From Malacoraja senta (taxonomy: Eukaryota), in the NCBI GenBank assembly GCA_038087875.1, contig CM075989.1, positions 22,694,001-22,758,000 of the forward strand: 64,000 nt of DNA, written 5' to 3'. The notes beneath the pieces are model-generated. The model saw only the letters and a program-made list of their open reading frames with translations, searched no databases and was not told the DNA's origin. Position numbers and translations under genes: made by a program. Positions 1 to 13,123 of the stretch are shown piece after piece (within the stretch, counting starts at the first letter, position 1; every line of letters starts with the position of its first letter).

Positions 1-288
1 GTATGGGGTGATCACCGGTCGGCGCTGACTCGGTGGGATGTAGGGCCTGTTTCCGTGCTGTATCTCTGAGGTCCAAATGTTGACACTATCTGCAGGCGAT
101 AGGTACAAAGACCTGCTGAGGTGCTTGTACAGTTTAGGACTGTGGCCAGTGTGTGGTAATGGCGAGGTTGAGAGGGAGCCAGTTGGACAGTTTCCCAGAA
201 TATGCTACAGTTCTCAAGCAACAAATGTCCCAAGGTGTCATTCCTGGGCAATCATTCCTGTCCTAAAATCTAAATTCAATTTGTTCAG

Positions 289-318
289 GCGTCATGTAAT
301 CTGGAAGAGTGCGAGTGT
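289..318 (+). CDS. Putative small exon of a convergent plus-strand gene
   Basis: tttgttcag acceptor and gtgagt donor, 30 nt; no homology recognised. Confidence 0.25.
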
Positions 319-429
319 GTGAGTGTAATAGGCTGTGTTTTCCCTCTTCTGGGAAGCTGGGACTCAAACATAAATGGTTGTGAATAATCTACATGGTACA
401 GTTTTGAACAGATAATCGACTTGAGCGAC

Positions 430-840
430 TGAGCTTGTATCCACTGGAATTTAGAAGGATGAGAAGGGATCATTGAAACATATAAGATTGTTAAGGGTTT
501 GGACACGCTAGAGGCAGGAAGCATGTTCCCAATGTTGGGGGAGTTCAGAACCAGGGGCCACAGTTTAAGAATAAGGGATAACCCATTTAGAACGGAGATG
601 AGGAAAAACGTTTTCACCCAAAGAGTTGTAAATCTGTGGAATTCTCTGCCTCAGAAAGCAGTGGAGGCCAATTCTCTGGATGCTTTCAAGAGATAGTTAG
701 ATAGAGTTCTTAAAGATAGCGGAGTCAAGGGATATGGGGAGAAGGCAGGAACAGGGTACTGATTGTGGATGATCAGCCATGATCACAGTGAATGGCGGTG
801 CTGACTCAAAGGGCCGAATGGCCTACTCCTGCACCTATAT
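430..840 (+). mobile_element. CR1 LINE 3' fragment
   Basis: TRGHSLRI...FTQRVVNLWNSLP and conserved 3' UTR. Confidence 0.85.
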
Positions 841-1032
841 ATTCTTCTTGCAGAGACTGAGCCCTGGATTGGGCCTGTTGCAGGTGGGAAGGTGCGAGGG
901 TCTCTTGGACCCTCTGTTGCAGGGAGAGAGAAACAAATACGCTGACATAATAACCACAACCATCTTGGTTAAAAAAGACCCAACACAAAATGCAATGTGT
1001 CGGAAGTAACCGCCTAATGTGTAAGAAGGAAC

Positions 1033-1330
1033 TAGCGGTAGAGTTGCTGCCTCACAACTCCGGGGTCCCGGGTTTGATCCCGGCTACGGGCGTTGTGTGT
1101 ACGGAGTTTGTACGTTCTCCCCATGGCCTGCGTGGGTTTTCTCCGAGATCTGCTGTTTCTTCCCACACTCCAAAGACGTAAAGGTTTGCCGGCTAATTGG
1201 CTTGGTATAAATGTAAATTGTCCCTAGTGTGTGTAGGATAGTGTTAATGTGCGGGGATCGCTGGTCGGCGTGGACTCGGTGCGCCTGTTTCCGCGCTGTG
1301 TCTCTAAAACTAAAACTAAATACTAAAACT
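1033..1330 (+). mobile_element. tRNA-derived V-SINE (HE1-like)
   Basis: Similar to other copies; (ctaaaa)n tail. Confidence 0.85.
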
Positions 1331-1624
1331 CGGCAGGTCAGGCGGCATCTTTGGAGAGAAGGAATGGGCCTGAAGAAGGGTCTTGCCCCAAAACGTCACC
1401 CATTCCTTCTCTTTGCCTGTCCTGATGAGTGACTCCAGCATTTTGTGTCTACAAAATGGCAGCAGCATAACCGTGAGGTTTAACTCTTTGGAATCAACGA
1501 CACTTTATTGCCCAGTCCCTGTTGTTAAACACAGGCACTTGTGCCAAAATATACATCTGTATATGATTTAAGAAACACCCGGATTTATTTTTTGAGGATG
1601 TAAATTGAATGTTATTCTTTGAAG

Positions 1625-1675
1625 GGAGCGCAGGGACAGAAAATCCCCGAGGTTTATGTTCACGAATGGATGAAG
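1625..1675 (+). CDS. Putative exon of plus-strand gene (GAQGQKIPEVYVHEWMK, or SAGTENPRGLCSRMDE in another frame)
   Basis: ttctttgaag acceptor, AAG|gtagta donor, 51 nt in unique sequence; frame unresolved. Confidence 0.3.
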
Positions 1676-3440
1676 GTAGTATGAGACTTTTAATAAAAAA
1701 TATATTAACAATCTCACACAATCTTAGGCCCAGAGAGAAAGACGGAACACTACAAAGACCGTCACAACAAGCAGCAATATCATGGGAACTGTTCTTGGGA
1801 TTAACCAAGACTCCATGTGCTTCTAACTGCAGTCTTCTACACAGAGAAGTAGTGGAATGGAGTGGGTATATTTAAGGCAGAGATAGATAGATTCTTGATT
1901 AGTACGGGTGTCAGAGGTTATGGGGAGAAGGCAGGGAAATTAGGTTAGGAGGGAGAGATAGATCAGCCACGATTGAATGGTGGAGTAGACATGATGGGCC
2001 GAACGGCCCAATTCTACCCCTGTCACTTATGACTGAGAAGGGTTGAACCAAAAGGCTGGCAGAGATACAATGGGCAGAATGGCCTCCTTCTGAGTTCCAA
2101 TGTTCTACGATTCTATCAATGTCGCACGGCACGGTGGCACAGTGGTAGAGTTGCTGCCTTACCACGCTTACAGCGCCAGAGTCCCGGGTTCGATTTGCAA
2201 AACTCTCAATTCTCTGTTTCCAAACTTATACAGGTATTGAAACTCGAAATAACCTTGGAACGTTAATGTTATCTTTGCATAGAATTATTATCTATTCTTT
2301 ATAACTAGTGTGCCTTGTATTTTAAGTGTTGCTCGGTAAGGTTATAGCACAATATGGCATGTATCATGCATAAAGGTGAGCTCAAAGAAAGCTGTAACAC
2401 AAATGCACTATAAAACTCATGATGAATTTTGTTACTCATATATCTTTATCCATTTCACCTTACAAGAAATGTTGAGCGTCTTCTTCAGCCAAATAAATCA
2501 GAAAGAGTTCCTTTCAGTATAAATTAAAATGTGACACCTTCCAGTTTAATGCAGCAATTCAGCCTTAATATTCTACTCACAGTTTATGATCAAGGCAACT
2601 CCAGTGAAATACTGCTTTGGATGCACATTTAAATACCTGTTGAACAACACTAAGACTCAAAATGAATGGGTGGTGAATATTAATTACGTGAATATCCAAC
2701 AGTATTGCAACAAAGATAGACACAGAGTGCTGGAGTAACTCAGCGGGTCAGGCAGCATCTCTAGAGAAAAAGGATGGGGGACATTTTGAGTCATAGAGTG
2801 GTACAGTGTGGAAACAGGTGCTCCGGCCCAACTTGCCCACACCGGCAAACATGTCCCAGCTACGCTAGTCCCACTTGCCTGCGTTTGGCCCACATCCCTC
2901 CAAACCTGTCCTATCCATGTACCTGTCTAAATGTTTCCTAAACATTGGGTTTCTTCAGACCTGATCTGAAACATCAAAATGCCCCAGCATTTTGTGTTGG
3001 AGTTCCTTCCTACAAGTATGCTCAAACATGGTCTTGTAGCTAAATCTCTCTCGGTGGGATGAAGGCCCAGTTTCCATGCTGCTTCTCGAAACTGAACTAA
3101 AACAAACTTTCAAGAAAAGCAGCAAATGATCTGCCCTATCAGAATAGCCCGGGTTCGATCCTGTACGGGTGCTGTCTGTACGGAGTTTGTACGTTCTCCC
3201 TGTGGCCATGTGGGTTTTCTCCGGGTGCTCTGGTTTCCTCCCACATTCCAAAGACGTGCAGGATTGCAGGTTAAGTGGCTTCTGTGAATTGTACCTAGTG
3301 TATGTGGGATAGAACTGGTGAACGGGGTGATCGCTGGTCGGCGCGGACTCGGTGGGCCGAAGGGCCTGTTTCAACGCTGTATCTATAAACTAAACTGAAC
3401 TACACCCTTCTAAATTTCACTGCTAACATTATTTCCACAG

Positions 3441-3506
3441 TGTAACGAGAAAGGCCACCACCAGGCTGAACTCACGGGAGAGGAAAAGCACCGATATTCA
3501 CTATAA
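3441..3506 (+). CDS. Putative terminal exon of plus-strand gene (CNEKGHHQAELTGEEKHRYSL* if phase 0)
   Basis: tgctaac branch point plus atttccacag acceptor, followed by AT-rich UTR-like unique sequence. Confidence 0.3.
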   Translation, partial: CNEKGHHQAELTGEEKHRYSL

Positions 3507-5546
3507 AAGGACGGCAGCCCATCGTAGAACCACTTGCCACTGAACACGAGGAATGAAGCGTCGCTGCAATTAACATCTGGAAAAATACAACTGAGAAAAG
3601 TACAAAAATATTATCCAAAGGGGGGAAAAAAATCATTTCCATTGAACAGAGGAAGAGGTGGAGGGGAAAAGGGAGGACATTAGGCAAATTCCATAGTTTC
3701 CACTACAATCATTTTTAATGGAGCTATAATTTCCTCAATTCTCTTTATTACTCCGACTGCATCATGCAGTGTCTGACCTGACCACCAGATTAACCAGTGC
3801 TCAGTAATTAAAAAAAAAAAAATTCTCTTGTTCATTTAGGAAAAAAAAAAACGACATCCTTAACATATGGCTGACACAAATGAGCAGGCTGTTTTGGGAT
3901 CCACGTTACATTAGAATTGTTGATTACGCATGTCTGGTGGAGCCTAGTCGAATGGGCCAAAGGTATTTGATGGAGCAAATGTTTGGCCCTGCCACAGCCT
4001 GACGTAAAACAGCTTTTTTCCACGAGTAGTAGCTCTACTCCAATAACCAAAAGTCTGTAGCCTCCTTTTGCTCTGGTATTTTATTTCATTCACATGTTTA
4101 AACTATAATGTTTTATTATTAATGTTTAATGTTTTATGTGTCATTCTTAATTGTTTACTGTATGTCGTGTTCTTACTTGCGAGCGGAGCACCAAGGCAAA
4201 TTCCTTGTATGTGAACATACTTGGTCGACAAACTGATTCATTCATTCACTGGCATGTGAAAAGGAAGATGAGAACTCTAGCCAAGCTATCCCTCAGTGTC
4301 ACTGCTAAAACTATTTTAACATTTGCAAATCTCTACACAAGGTTAGATTAGTTTAGGAAGAAACTGCAGATGCTGGTCTAAACCGAAGATAGACACAAAG
4401 TGCTGGAGTAACTCAGCAGACAGGCAGCATCTCTGGAGAGAAGGAACGGGTGACGTTTCGGGTTGAGACCCTTCTTCAGACTGAGTCAGGGGAGAGGGAG
4501 ATACAGAGATATGGAAGTGTGAAAATGAGACAAAGTGGATGGCGATCATGGAAAATGTAGAATAGATCATTGTTAGCTAGCAGAAGGTAATTATTTGTCA
4601 TGTGTACCGAGGTACAGTGAAAAGCTTTTGTTGCATGCTAACCAGTCAGCTGAAAGACAATAAATGATTACAATCGAGCCATTTACAGTGTTCAGCTACA
4701 TGATAAGGGAATAACATTTAGTGCAAAGTAAAACCAGTAAAGTCCAATCAAAGATAGTCCAAGGGTCACCAATGCAATAGATAGTAGTTCAGGATTGCTC
4801 TCTCGTTGGTGAGAGGATGAACAAGCCCCTCCATTCATATGATGCCTTTAAAGTGTCAGAAATGTGCTTCACATGTAAGCTTAGTTTGGTTTAGTTTAGT
4901 TTAGAGATACAATCGCAGCAACAGGCCCTTCAGCCCACCCTGTCCATGCCGACCAACGATCCCCAACACTAGCACTATCCTACACCCTCGGGACAATTTA
5001 GAATTTTTACCGAAGTCAAATTAACCTACACATCTGTACGTCAGTGAAGTGTGGAGGAAACCGGAACACCCGGAGGAAATTGACGCATGTTACAGGGAGG
5101 TCGTGCAAACTCCATACAGACAGCACCCGCAGTCAGGATCGAACCCGGGTCTCTGGCGCTGTGAGGCAGCAACTCGACCTCTGCACCACCGTGCCACAAA
5201 TGTTGTCAAACAAAAAAATGGGCACAAAACCTACAAGGTCAAAAGACCCCCAATGCGATATATTATTCTAATATTAAAGCAAATTCTTTAAAGATAAATA
5301 TACAGTTCCAAAGGTTGCTACATATGAATGATTGCAGTAATTTATGAAGGAAATATGGTTTCACATGATCCCAGTTCTTGCATTTAAATATCAGTCATAA
5401 AACAGTAGCATGACTGAACAGTAGAGGATGCAACCAATGAACAAGATATTCTTTAAAGAAAGAGTTCTCTGATGTTGTTTTGAGGCAATCTCCCTGAAGC
5501 AACAACAATTAGTTCCTAATTGATCAAAAGACGTAACTATTTCAAG

Positions 5547-5642
5547 GGTCTGAACAAGGGTCTCGACCCGAAACGTCGCCTTTTTCCTTCGCTCCATAGA
5601 TGCTGCCTCACCCGCTGAGTTTCTCCAGCATTTTTGTCTACC
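5547..5642 (+). mobile_element. Mini Penelope-tail insertion with 13-bp TSD
   Basis: taactatttcaag at 5534-5546 and 5643-5655. Confidence 0.75.
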
Positions 5643-5719
5643 TAACTATTTCAAGTGTTTTTTCCCTAGGGATTCATTGAGCAGCAAGTAGATTGATGGT
5701 CAAGGACCAGTTTGATGTT

Positions 5720-6022
5720 TAGTTTAAGTTACTTTAGAGATACAGCGCGGGAAACAGGCCCTTCGGCCCACCGAGTCCGCACCGACCAGCGACGCCACAC
5801 ATTAACATATCCTACACACACTAGGGACAATTTACAATTACACCAATCCAATTAGCCTAGCAACCTGTACGTCTTTGGAGTGTGGGAGGAAACCGGAGAT
5901 CCCGGAGAAAACCCACGCAGGTCACGGGGAGAACGTACAAACTCCGTACAGACAGCACCCGTAGTCGGGATCGAACCCGGGTCTCTGGCGCTGTAAGGCA
6001 GCAACTCTACCGCTGCGCCGCC
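5720..6022 (-). mobile_element. tRNA-derived V-SINE (HE1-like)
   Basis: Box A ggcgcagcgg, box B ggttcgatcc, CR1-like tail, (ctaaa)n. Confidence 0.9.
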
Positions 6023-6556
6023 ATTATTTTTTTTAGCATGGACGCATGTTTTAAAGGGATGGGCCACATTAAACACAACACTATCTTAAAGGCAGGTGAC
6101 TTTCTTCAAAGTATCACTTAGTTAGAGGCTAGTGAGGTTTAAGCGCTCTCCACCAATTATATAATATAACCTTGTATTAATAGCATAACTTCTGTCAACT
6201 TAAAGTGATATATCCTACTCTGGACAATGTGGTCAGGAATCTGTTAGCAATTGTGCAGATGATTCAGAATAATCCATTTCAAATTACATTGCAATACTGG
6301 TTGATCTCAGAATGTGTAACAATTTAAATAAGATGCCATGCTCCATATGGGATTTAATCTTTCACTGACGTTCTAAATAATCTGGGTCATATTACAATAC
6401 GAATGTACCGCTTGCTCCTTGTCCAACACTAAAGGCAGCGGAAGAGAGGGTTTTTGGTTTCTGAGATTAATTAGAGTGTGTCTAGTGGGGCGGCACGATG
6501 ACGTAGTGGTAGAGCTGCTGCCTCACAGCGCCAGAGACCCAGATTCATACTGTTTG

Positions 6557-7060
6557 TATGGTACCCGGGCGTGGCGCTGACGGACGAGAAGCCGAAGCAA
6601 AGAAGTGGAAGCCAAATAACCGAATGGAAACAAAGCCGAAATGCCACCTACCCGAAAGGGTGGGACGCCTAAATGTAGACTCACCGAATGGCCGCTCTGC
6701 CGAAACGCCACCTACCCGAAAGGCGGCGTCGCCTACAAGCCAGCAAACCGAATGCCGCTCAACAGAAAAGTCAAATAACGGACATGACGTTGCTGTGGGG
6801 GGGGGGGGGGGGGCGGGACTTGTCAGCGATTGGTCCAGACCCCCGCGTCCATCACATCACTGTGGAGGGATGAACATTGTCCCACACCTCCGCTCCACCC
6901 GACCCACAGCCCGCGGAGGGTGGCCGTAGGAAAGTGGGGGCTGTCCCGAGGGATGTGCACCTTCGGCCGCTTACAACTTGGTGCTTGGGTTCAGATTGCC
7001 CAGTCACCTATGGCTTGTGTGGGAAAATGACCCTCACCCTGCCGCCGGTGAAGACTAGTT
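6557..7060. mobile_element. Unclassified GC-rich insertion with 16-bp-phased CCGAA subrepeats
   Basis: Follows a truncated SINE head; motif starts at 6620, 6636, 6652, 6668, 6684, 6700, 6716, 6732, 6748. Confidence 0.5.
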
Positions 7061-10000
7061 TCACTGTCCTGATTACGTTACTCATTCCTTCTATCCAGTG
7101 ATGCTGCCTTTCTCATTCTCCTACCTTCTCCCCAAACCCCTGACACCCGTACTAATCAAGAATCTATCTATTTATCTCTGCCTTTAAAATATCCATTGAC
7201 TTGGCCTCCACAGCCTTCTGTGGCAGTGAATTCCACAGATTCACCACCCTCTGATGTTGGGAAGAATCTCGGTTCTTGTACAGCTAAACAATGTTAAGGA
7301 TTGTGTTTTATGATTAATTGGTCCCTGGTGTTGTGTCTCCAGCATAGAAGGAATGGATGCGAAAGTGGAATCATTTAGAACTCGTGTGAACAGAATATCA
7401 TTGACTAGGTGGGCCAAAGGGCCTGTGGTCATGCTGTATCTTTCAAGCAATAAGTTGAAGTTGTCGTGTATGTTTAGTGGAGTCCACAGCCCCCCAGCCT
7501 AGAAAAACATCTGAACAATTCTCACAATGCTCCCACCGTTTCTCCTCCTGTGGAAATTCGCCTTAGTTTGTGACTTTTTGGGGTAAGTTTTCATAAGGGA
7601 TAAGAGCAGAATTAGGTAATTCGACCCATTAAGTCCACTCCGCCATTCAATCATGGCTGATCTATCTCTCCCCCCGTCAACCCCATTCTCCTGCCCCCTC
7701 CCCATAAACCCCTGGTCCATTGGTGTAAAAGGTGTTGGGGGGGGGGGGGGGGTCCGTGGATCGAGCTGCCAGAGGAAGTAGTCGAGGCAGAAACTATAAC
7801 AACATTTAAAAGACATTTGGTCAGGAACGTGGACCGGGGAGGCTTGGAGGGATATAGGCCAAATGTGGGCAAGTGGGACAGTTTGGTTAGCAAAGTAGGG
7901 CCGAAGGGCCTGTTTCTGTGCTGTATGGCTCCAAAACTATGAATTCAGTGAGAGCTCATAATGGGCTTTTCATAAGCTAATCAATATTTCATCTCATTTT
8001 TGGGAGTGAATTGAAAATCTACTATAATGTCCTCAGATGTTATTTTGCAGATTATTCAGTATCTCCATTAAATAGAATATTTTTAGACCATGTTTTGGAC
8101 AACACACATGCACAGTTAGAGGCTGGATAATAATACCTTCAGCTGGGATTTGAACCAATTTAATTCAGAATTTATATATTTATTAAAACAGCGCCAGATA
8201 TCTGGGTTCGATCCTGACCTAGGGTACTGTCTGTACGGAGTTTGTACGTTCTCCCCATGACCTGCGTGAGTTTCCTCTGAGATCTTTGGTTTCCTCCCAC
8301 ACTCCAAAGATGTGCAGGTATGTAGGTTAATTGGCTTGGTATAAATGTGTAAATGTAAAATTGTCCCTAGTGTGTGTAAGGTGGTGTTAATGTGCGGGGA
8401 TCGCTGGTCAGTGTGGACTTGGTGGGCCTGTTTCCACGCTGTATCTCTAAACTAAACTAATCAATAGAAAAAAGATCAAAATGTGTTCTCTGAATGTGAT
8501 TAAATAACACCACTCAACCCACCAAAATTTCCCTTTCAAATTGCGATTCAGCTGTATCTTTAAGGAGCGATATTCTACAACGATGAACTGTACAGATCAA
8601 GTCTAAGTATTGCCACATCTCCTGCCAAAGGTTTTTCTCTAACAGATACCAATATTACAAACAGCGACACAAAGGGTTCAGCTCCCAGTCTGACAACAAT
8701 CAGGAGCACATTGAAAATATTCATTAAAAATACCAATAGTCACCTTCAATCAGAAATGTTTAACGGTTCATTTCTGGCAGCTCACGGAGGAAAGATACTT
8801 TGAATGGCGAAATTGACAAAAGACATATAGATGACTGACTAAAGGGACATTGTCAAAGAAACCTTGGATCACATTTTTTATTCAAGGTGAGGAAGATTGT
8901 CAAGCAGCTGAGTTTGTAACCATTCTCTGCACAGTCGTACAGAGAAGTGCAGCCAACCTTTTTAATCACGTCATCTCCTGAAAGGCCCTATTTTTAAAAG
9001 ACTGATAGGAGCTAAGTCAAAGACTCATTTCTTTTTGAGGCATTGTACGCTGATGGTGACTTAGGAGCAGGATCAAAGATATATATATTTTTGGTGTGGT
9101 ATTGTGGCTTTGACTTCATCACTCCATTAACTTATTTATGCAGACAGAACAATCGAAAGAGGAACAAAATTGATATTTCTGGTATTTACAAGGAAATGCA
9201 GATGGGGGTTTTACTGAAGATAGCTCTCCATGTTCTCCAGTTCAGGCTGCACGGTGGTGCAGCGGTAGAGTTGCTGTCTTGAGAGACAGAGACCCTGGTT
9301 CGAATCTGACTACGGGTGGTGTCTGTACGGAGTATGTACGTTCTCCCCGTGACCACGTAGGTTTTCTCCGAGATCTTCGGTTTCCTCCCACATTCCAAAG
9401 ACATGCAGGTTTGTAGGTTAATTGGCTTCAATACAAATTGTAAATTGTCCCTACAGTGTAGGATAGTGGTAGTGTCCGGGGTGATCGCTTGTTGGTGGGC
9501 CGAAGGGCCTGCTTCCCCGCTGTAACTAAAATAAATCGATAAACCACTGAGTTACTCCAGCATTTTGTGTCTCTCATTGATATTTCTTCTTGCATACTTT
9601 GTGTCTCATGTTGCATCTTGGAACGGCGGTAAATACAGACCAGGTAGTCTTTGTAGTCAGTGTAGAACGCCTCAGAGGGCGATGGAGGCCGCTTCTCTGG
9701 ATACTTTCAAGAGAGAGCTAGATAGGGCTCTTAAAGATGGCGGAGTCAGGGGATATGGGGAGAAGGCAGGAACGGGGTACTGATTGTGGATGATCAGCCA
9801 TGATCACATTGAATGGCGGTGCTGGCTTGAAGGGCCAAATGGCCTACTCCTGCACCTATTGTCTATTGTCTATTGAAACAGATAATTCTCGTGACAAAAT
9901 TAGTTTTGGTATCTAACAAGATACAATCGTGGCATTGTGGCATTAGCATCTCTGGAGCGAAGGAATGGGTGATGTTTCGGGTCGAGACCCTCCTTCAGAC

Positions 10001-11008
10001 GAGTGCTGTGTTCAGTTTTGGTCACCTTGTTATAGGAAGGATGTTGTCAAACTATAAAGGGTACAGAGTAGATTTACAAACTGAAGAAGGGTCTTGAACC
10101 GAAACGTCACCCATTCCTTCTCTCAGGAGATGCTGGCTGGCCCACTGAGTTACTGCAGCATTTGTGTCTATCTTAGATTTACAAGGATGTTGCCAGGACT
10201 CGAGGGCTTGAGCTATAGGGAGAGGTTGAGCAGGCTAGGGCGAATAGATAGGGTGAATGCACTGTGCCTTTTACCCAGAGTAGGGGAATCAAGAACCAGT
10301 TTAAGATGAGAGGAGAAAAATTTACTGGGAAACTGAAGGGCAACATTTTTCTACAGAGGGTGGTGGGTGCATGGAACGAGCTGCCAGAAGAGATAATTGA
10401 GTCAGGTACAATAACAACATTTGAACAGGTACATGGATAGGAAAGTTTAGGTGGATATGGGCCAAAATGCAGGCAGGTGGGACTAGTGTTGATGGGACAT
10501 GTTGGCCAGCATGGGCAAGTTGGGCTGAAGGACCTGTTTCCAGGCTGTGTGGCTCTTTGGCTATTTAATTTACATATATCCTGCTCCAATAACTCTTAAA
10601 CTTGGAGAAGTCTTGTTTGTGACTGTTTTACATAAATCCTTTTAGTGCAGTATACACTAGAAAGACTATGATTCACTAATTGAACACAGCGAGCACTTTA
10701 CATAAGCTGCGACATGAAATACAAGAAGACCAACACCACGGCAACTGGCAATACCTCCTGTCAGCAGTTAATTACCTTGCATTTAGGAATTTACACCAGT
10801 TCGACTTTTCGCCTGATTCTTCTTCACTTGAAGCCCTTTACCCTCAATCAGCAAGTTACCTCACAAATTGCAGATATCGGTTTGTGTGGTTGTATTTGGA
10901 GATTAATAGGCAATCTGCACAGCCACTTTTTATTAGGGACTTGAGGGGTAACGTTTTCATACAAAGGGTGGCGGGTGCATGGAACAAGCTGCCAGAGGAA
11001 TATCCTTA

Positions 11009-11330
11009 AAGCCCTGTCCCACTGTACGAGTTCATTCCAAGAGCTCTCCCGAGTTTAAAAAAAAATCAAACTCGTGGTAAGCACGGAGAATGAACGTAGC
11101 GGGTACGTCGGAGCTCGGGGACGTCTCTTAGCGCTAACGGCAGGTACTCGGGAAGACTCGCTAACGGCAGGTAAGCACGGGAAGACTCGTGAAGATTTTT
11201 CAACACGTTGAATAAATGTCCACGAGAGCCCCGAGTACCGACGAGCGGCCATTACCGTAAATCTCCGAGTTCGAATCAGGGCAAACTCGGGAGAGCTCTT
11301 GGAATGAACTCGCACCGTGGGACAGGGCTT
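11009..11330. mobile_element. PIF/Harbinger-type MITE
   Basis: ~48-bp TIR aagccctgtcccac..ctcccgagttt; TTA on both flanks. Confidence 0.8.
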
Positions 11331-12225
11331 TTACGGCGGAGAATTGTGCCTTACTGTTTCCGCACTGTACAATTATATGACGCCATGACTCCGTGAATAA
11401 CTCTATGAATGACTCTATAACTCTATCCCTCTATTACAGATACAAATACGACAGGGTTTCTATACTCAGTACAGACTCAGAGAATTACCCCAGTAAAGTT
11501 CGATTCCACATCCCAATAACACACATTGATCTCAAGCAGCTAGCAGCAGCAGTCTTTTGAAACTCTGACAGGGATCTATCCAGCAGAAGGAAGAACTATA
11601 ACTGCTTCCAGGCCCACGGGATTCAGCAAACAATATATACAAAATAAAAGCACAGATACTGGGTTGTTTGGGCTTTTCTGACGCAGGCATGACCAGAGGG
11701 CACAGACAGTCCTGGAGTCAATTGGAAACGTTCCAACGGGCTACCGTTCCACATTGCACGAAAATCAGCATAACAGATAGACAATCCAATTTGGACACCC
11801 CCAGCCATCAACCACCCTCCCCACATCCCCTTGAGTTCCGCAATGCTCTTCACAAGGTCCCTTTACGCTTTGGCTTTCAATCACTGTCTTTTCCAGAAGA
11901 TCATGACACCTACGCTTATGCACCCCCCCCCCCCCCCCGCCCCCAACTTGATCACCAACATCTGCTTGCAGTTTTGAGAGATTACAAGGTGCTATCAGAC
12001 TGTACATTTACTGCATCACAAACTCAACCAGTTGACTTCATTTCCCAGCCAGCAGCTGGAGGTAATACTTATTTTTTGTTCCTTTGTTTTCACTTTCTTC
12101 CCGATGGTCTCTATAACATTGCTGCAAAGTTGATTGGAGTGCTCGCTTTCTGAATTTGATTTGGAGAACCTGGGCACTCTTCCAGCTGCCTGGAGCCAGA
12201 ATTGGCTCCAGATTCCCTTACCTCC

Positions 12226-12388
12226 TTAGCATTCCATCACCAGCCCTATCCTAGGTTCGGGGGCAGCTCCCCGGCTAATAGCACTCATCATTTCTCCATC
12301 CTTCCTGTTAATTGAGTGCAGCAGAAAATTCATCAGTGCTGCCGCCACCTTACAGGGATTCTCACCGCCAGTGTCTTCATAGAAAGTT
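12226..12388 (-). CDS. Last coding exon (TFYEDTGGENPCKVAAALMNFLLHSINRKDGEMMSAISRGAAPEPRIGLVMEC*)
   Basis: ttttaactatgcag acceptor, phase 2 start, TAA at 12228-12226. Confidence 0.85.
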
Positions 12389-12808
12389 CTGCATAGTTAA
12401 AACAAGCGTTTCGTTGCCGTCATTCTCAACTCCAACCTGACCCCGCTCCCATCGAACCACAGAGTCATTGAAAAGCACGAGGCCAGTCCATCTCACCCCC
12501 CTGCAGATCAATGCTGTCAATGCCTACTCTTTCCCATCAAGGGACCTTGTGAAGAACATAGCCTTGCAAATTAATTCCTCACAGTTCACCTATCCACTTC
12601 CCTTTTCTAAACCGATTGCTCCTGTGTCAACCCGTATACAGGCAGGGGGATGCAGATCGGGGCCATCCTTTACTTACACTTATTTTTTTCTCACATCCCC
12701 TGGTTGCCCTGTGCTTGCCTTTTTTGAATGTTTAACCTTGTGGATCATTTCAACTGTCCATCAACAAGAGCAGCAACTGTCTGTCCTCATCTTAGTCAAA
12801 TCCTCAGA

Positions 12809-13123
12809 GGGCGGGCACGGTGGCGCAGCGGTAGAGTTGCTGCCTTACAGCGCTTGCGGCGCCAGAGACCCGGGTTCGATCCCGACTACGGGTGCTGCCT
12901 GTACGGAGTTTGTACGTTCTCCCCATGACCTGCGTGGGTTTTCTCCGACATCTTCGGTTTCCAGAGACGTACAGGTTTGTAGGTTAATTGGCTTGGTAAA
13001 TGTAAACACTGCCCCCAGTGTGTGTGGGATAGTGTTAATGTGCGGGGATCACTGGTCAGCGCAGACCCGGTGGACCGAAGGGCCTGTTTCCGCGCTGTAT
13101 CTCTAACATAAACTAAACTAAAC
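12809..13123 (+). mobile_element. tRNA-derived V-SINE (HE1-like)
   Basis: Full head gggcgggcacggtggcgcagcggtag, A/B boxes, (aaact)n tail. Confidence 0.9.

Noticed and set aside
6592..6783. CRISPR or coding-repeat interpretation of the CCGAA array (ORF 6558..6929)
   Set aside because: The conserved unit is only 5 nt and the 16-bp period is not a multiple of 3.
8646..8803. Strong plus-strand acceptor (ttttctctaacag) followed by a ~52-codon open frame
   Set aside because: No recognisable product or independent support.
12809..12895. tRNA-like sequences with A and B boxes
   Set aside because: They are SINE heads that continue directly into the SINE body; not tRNA genes.
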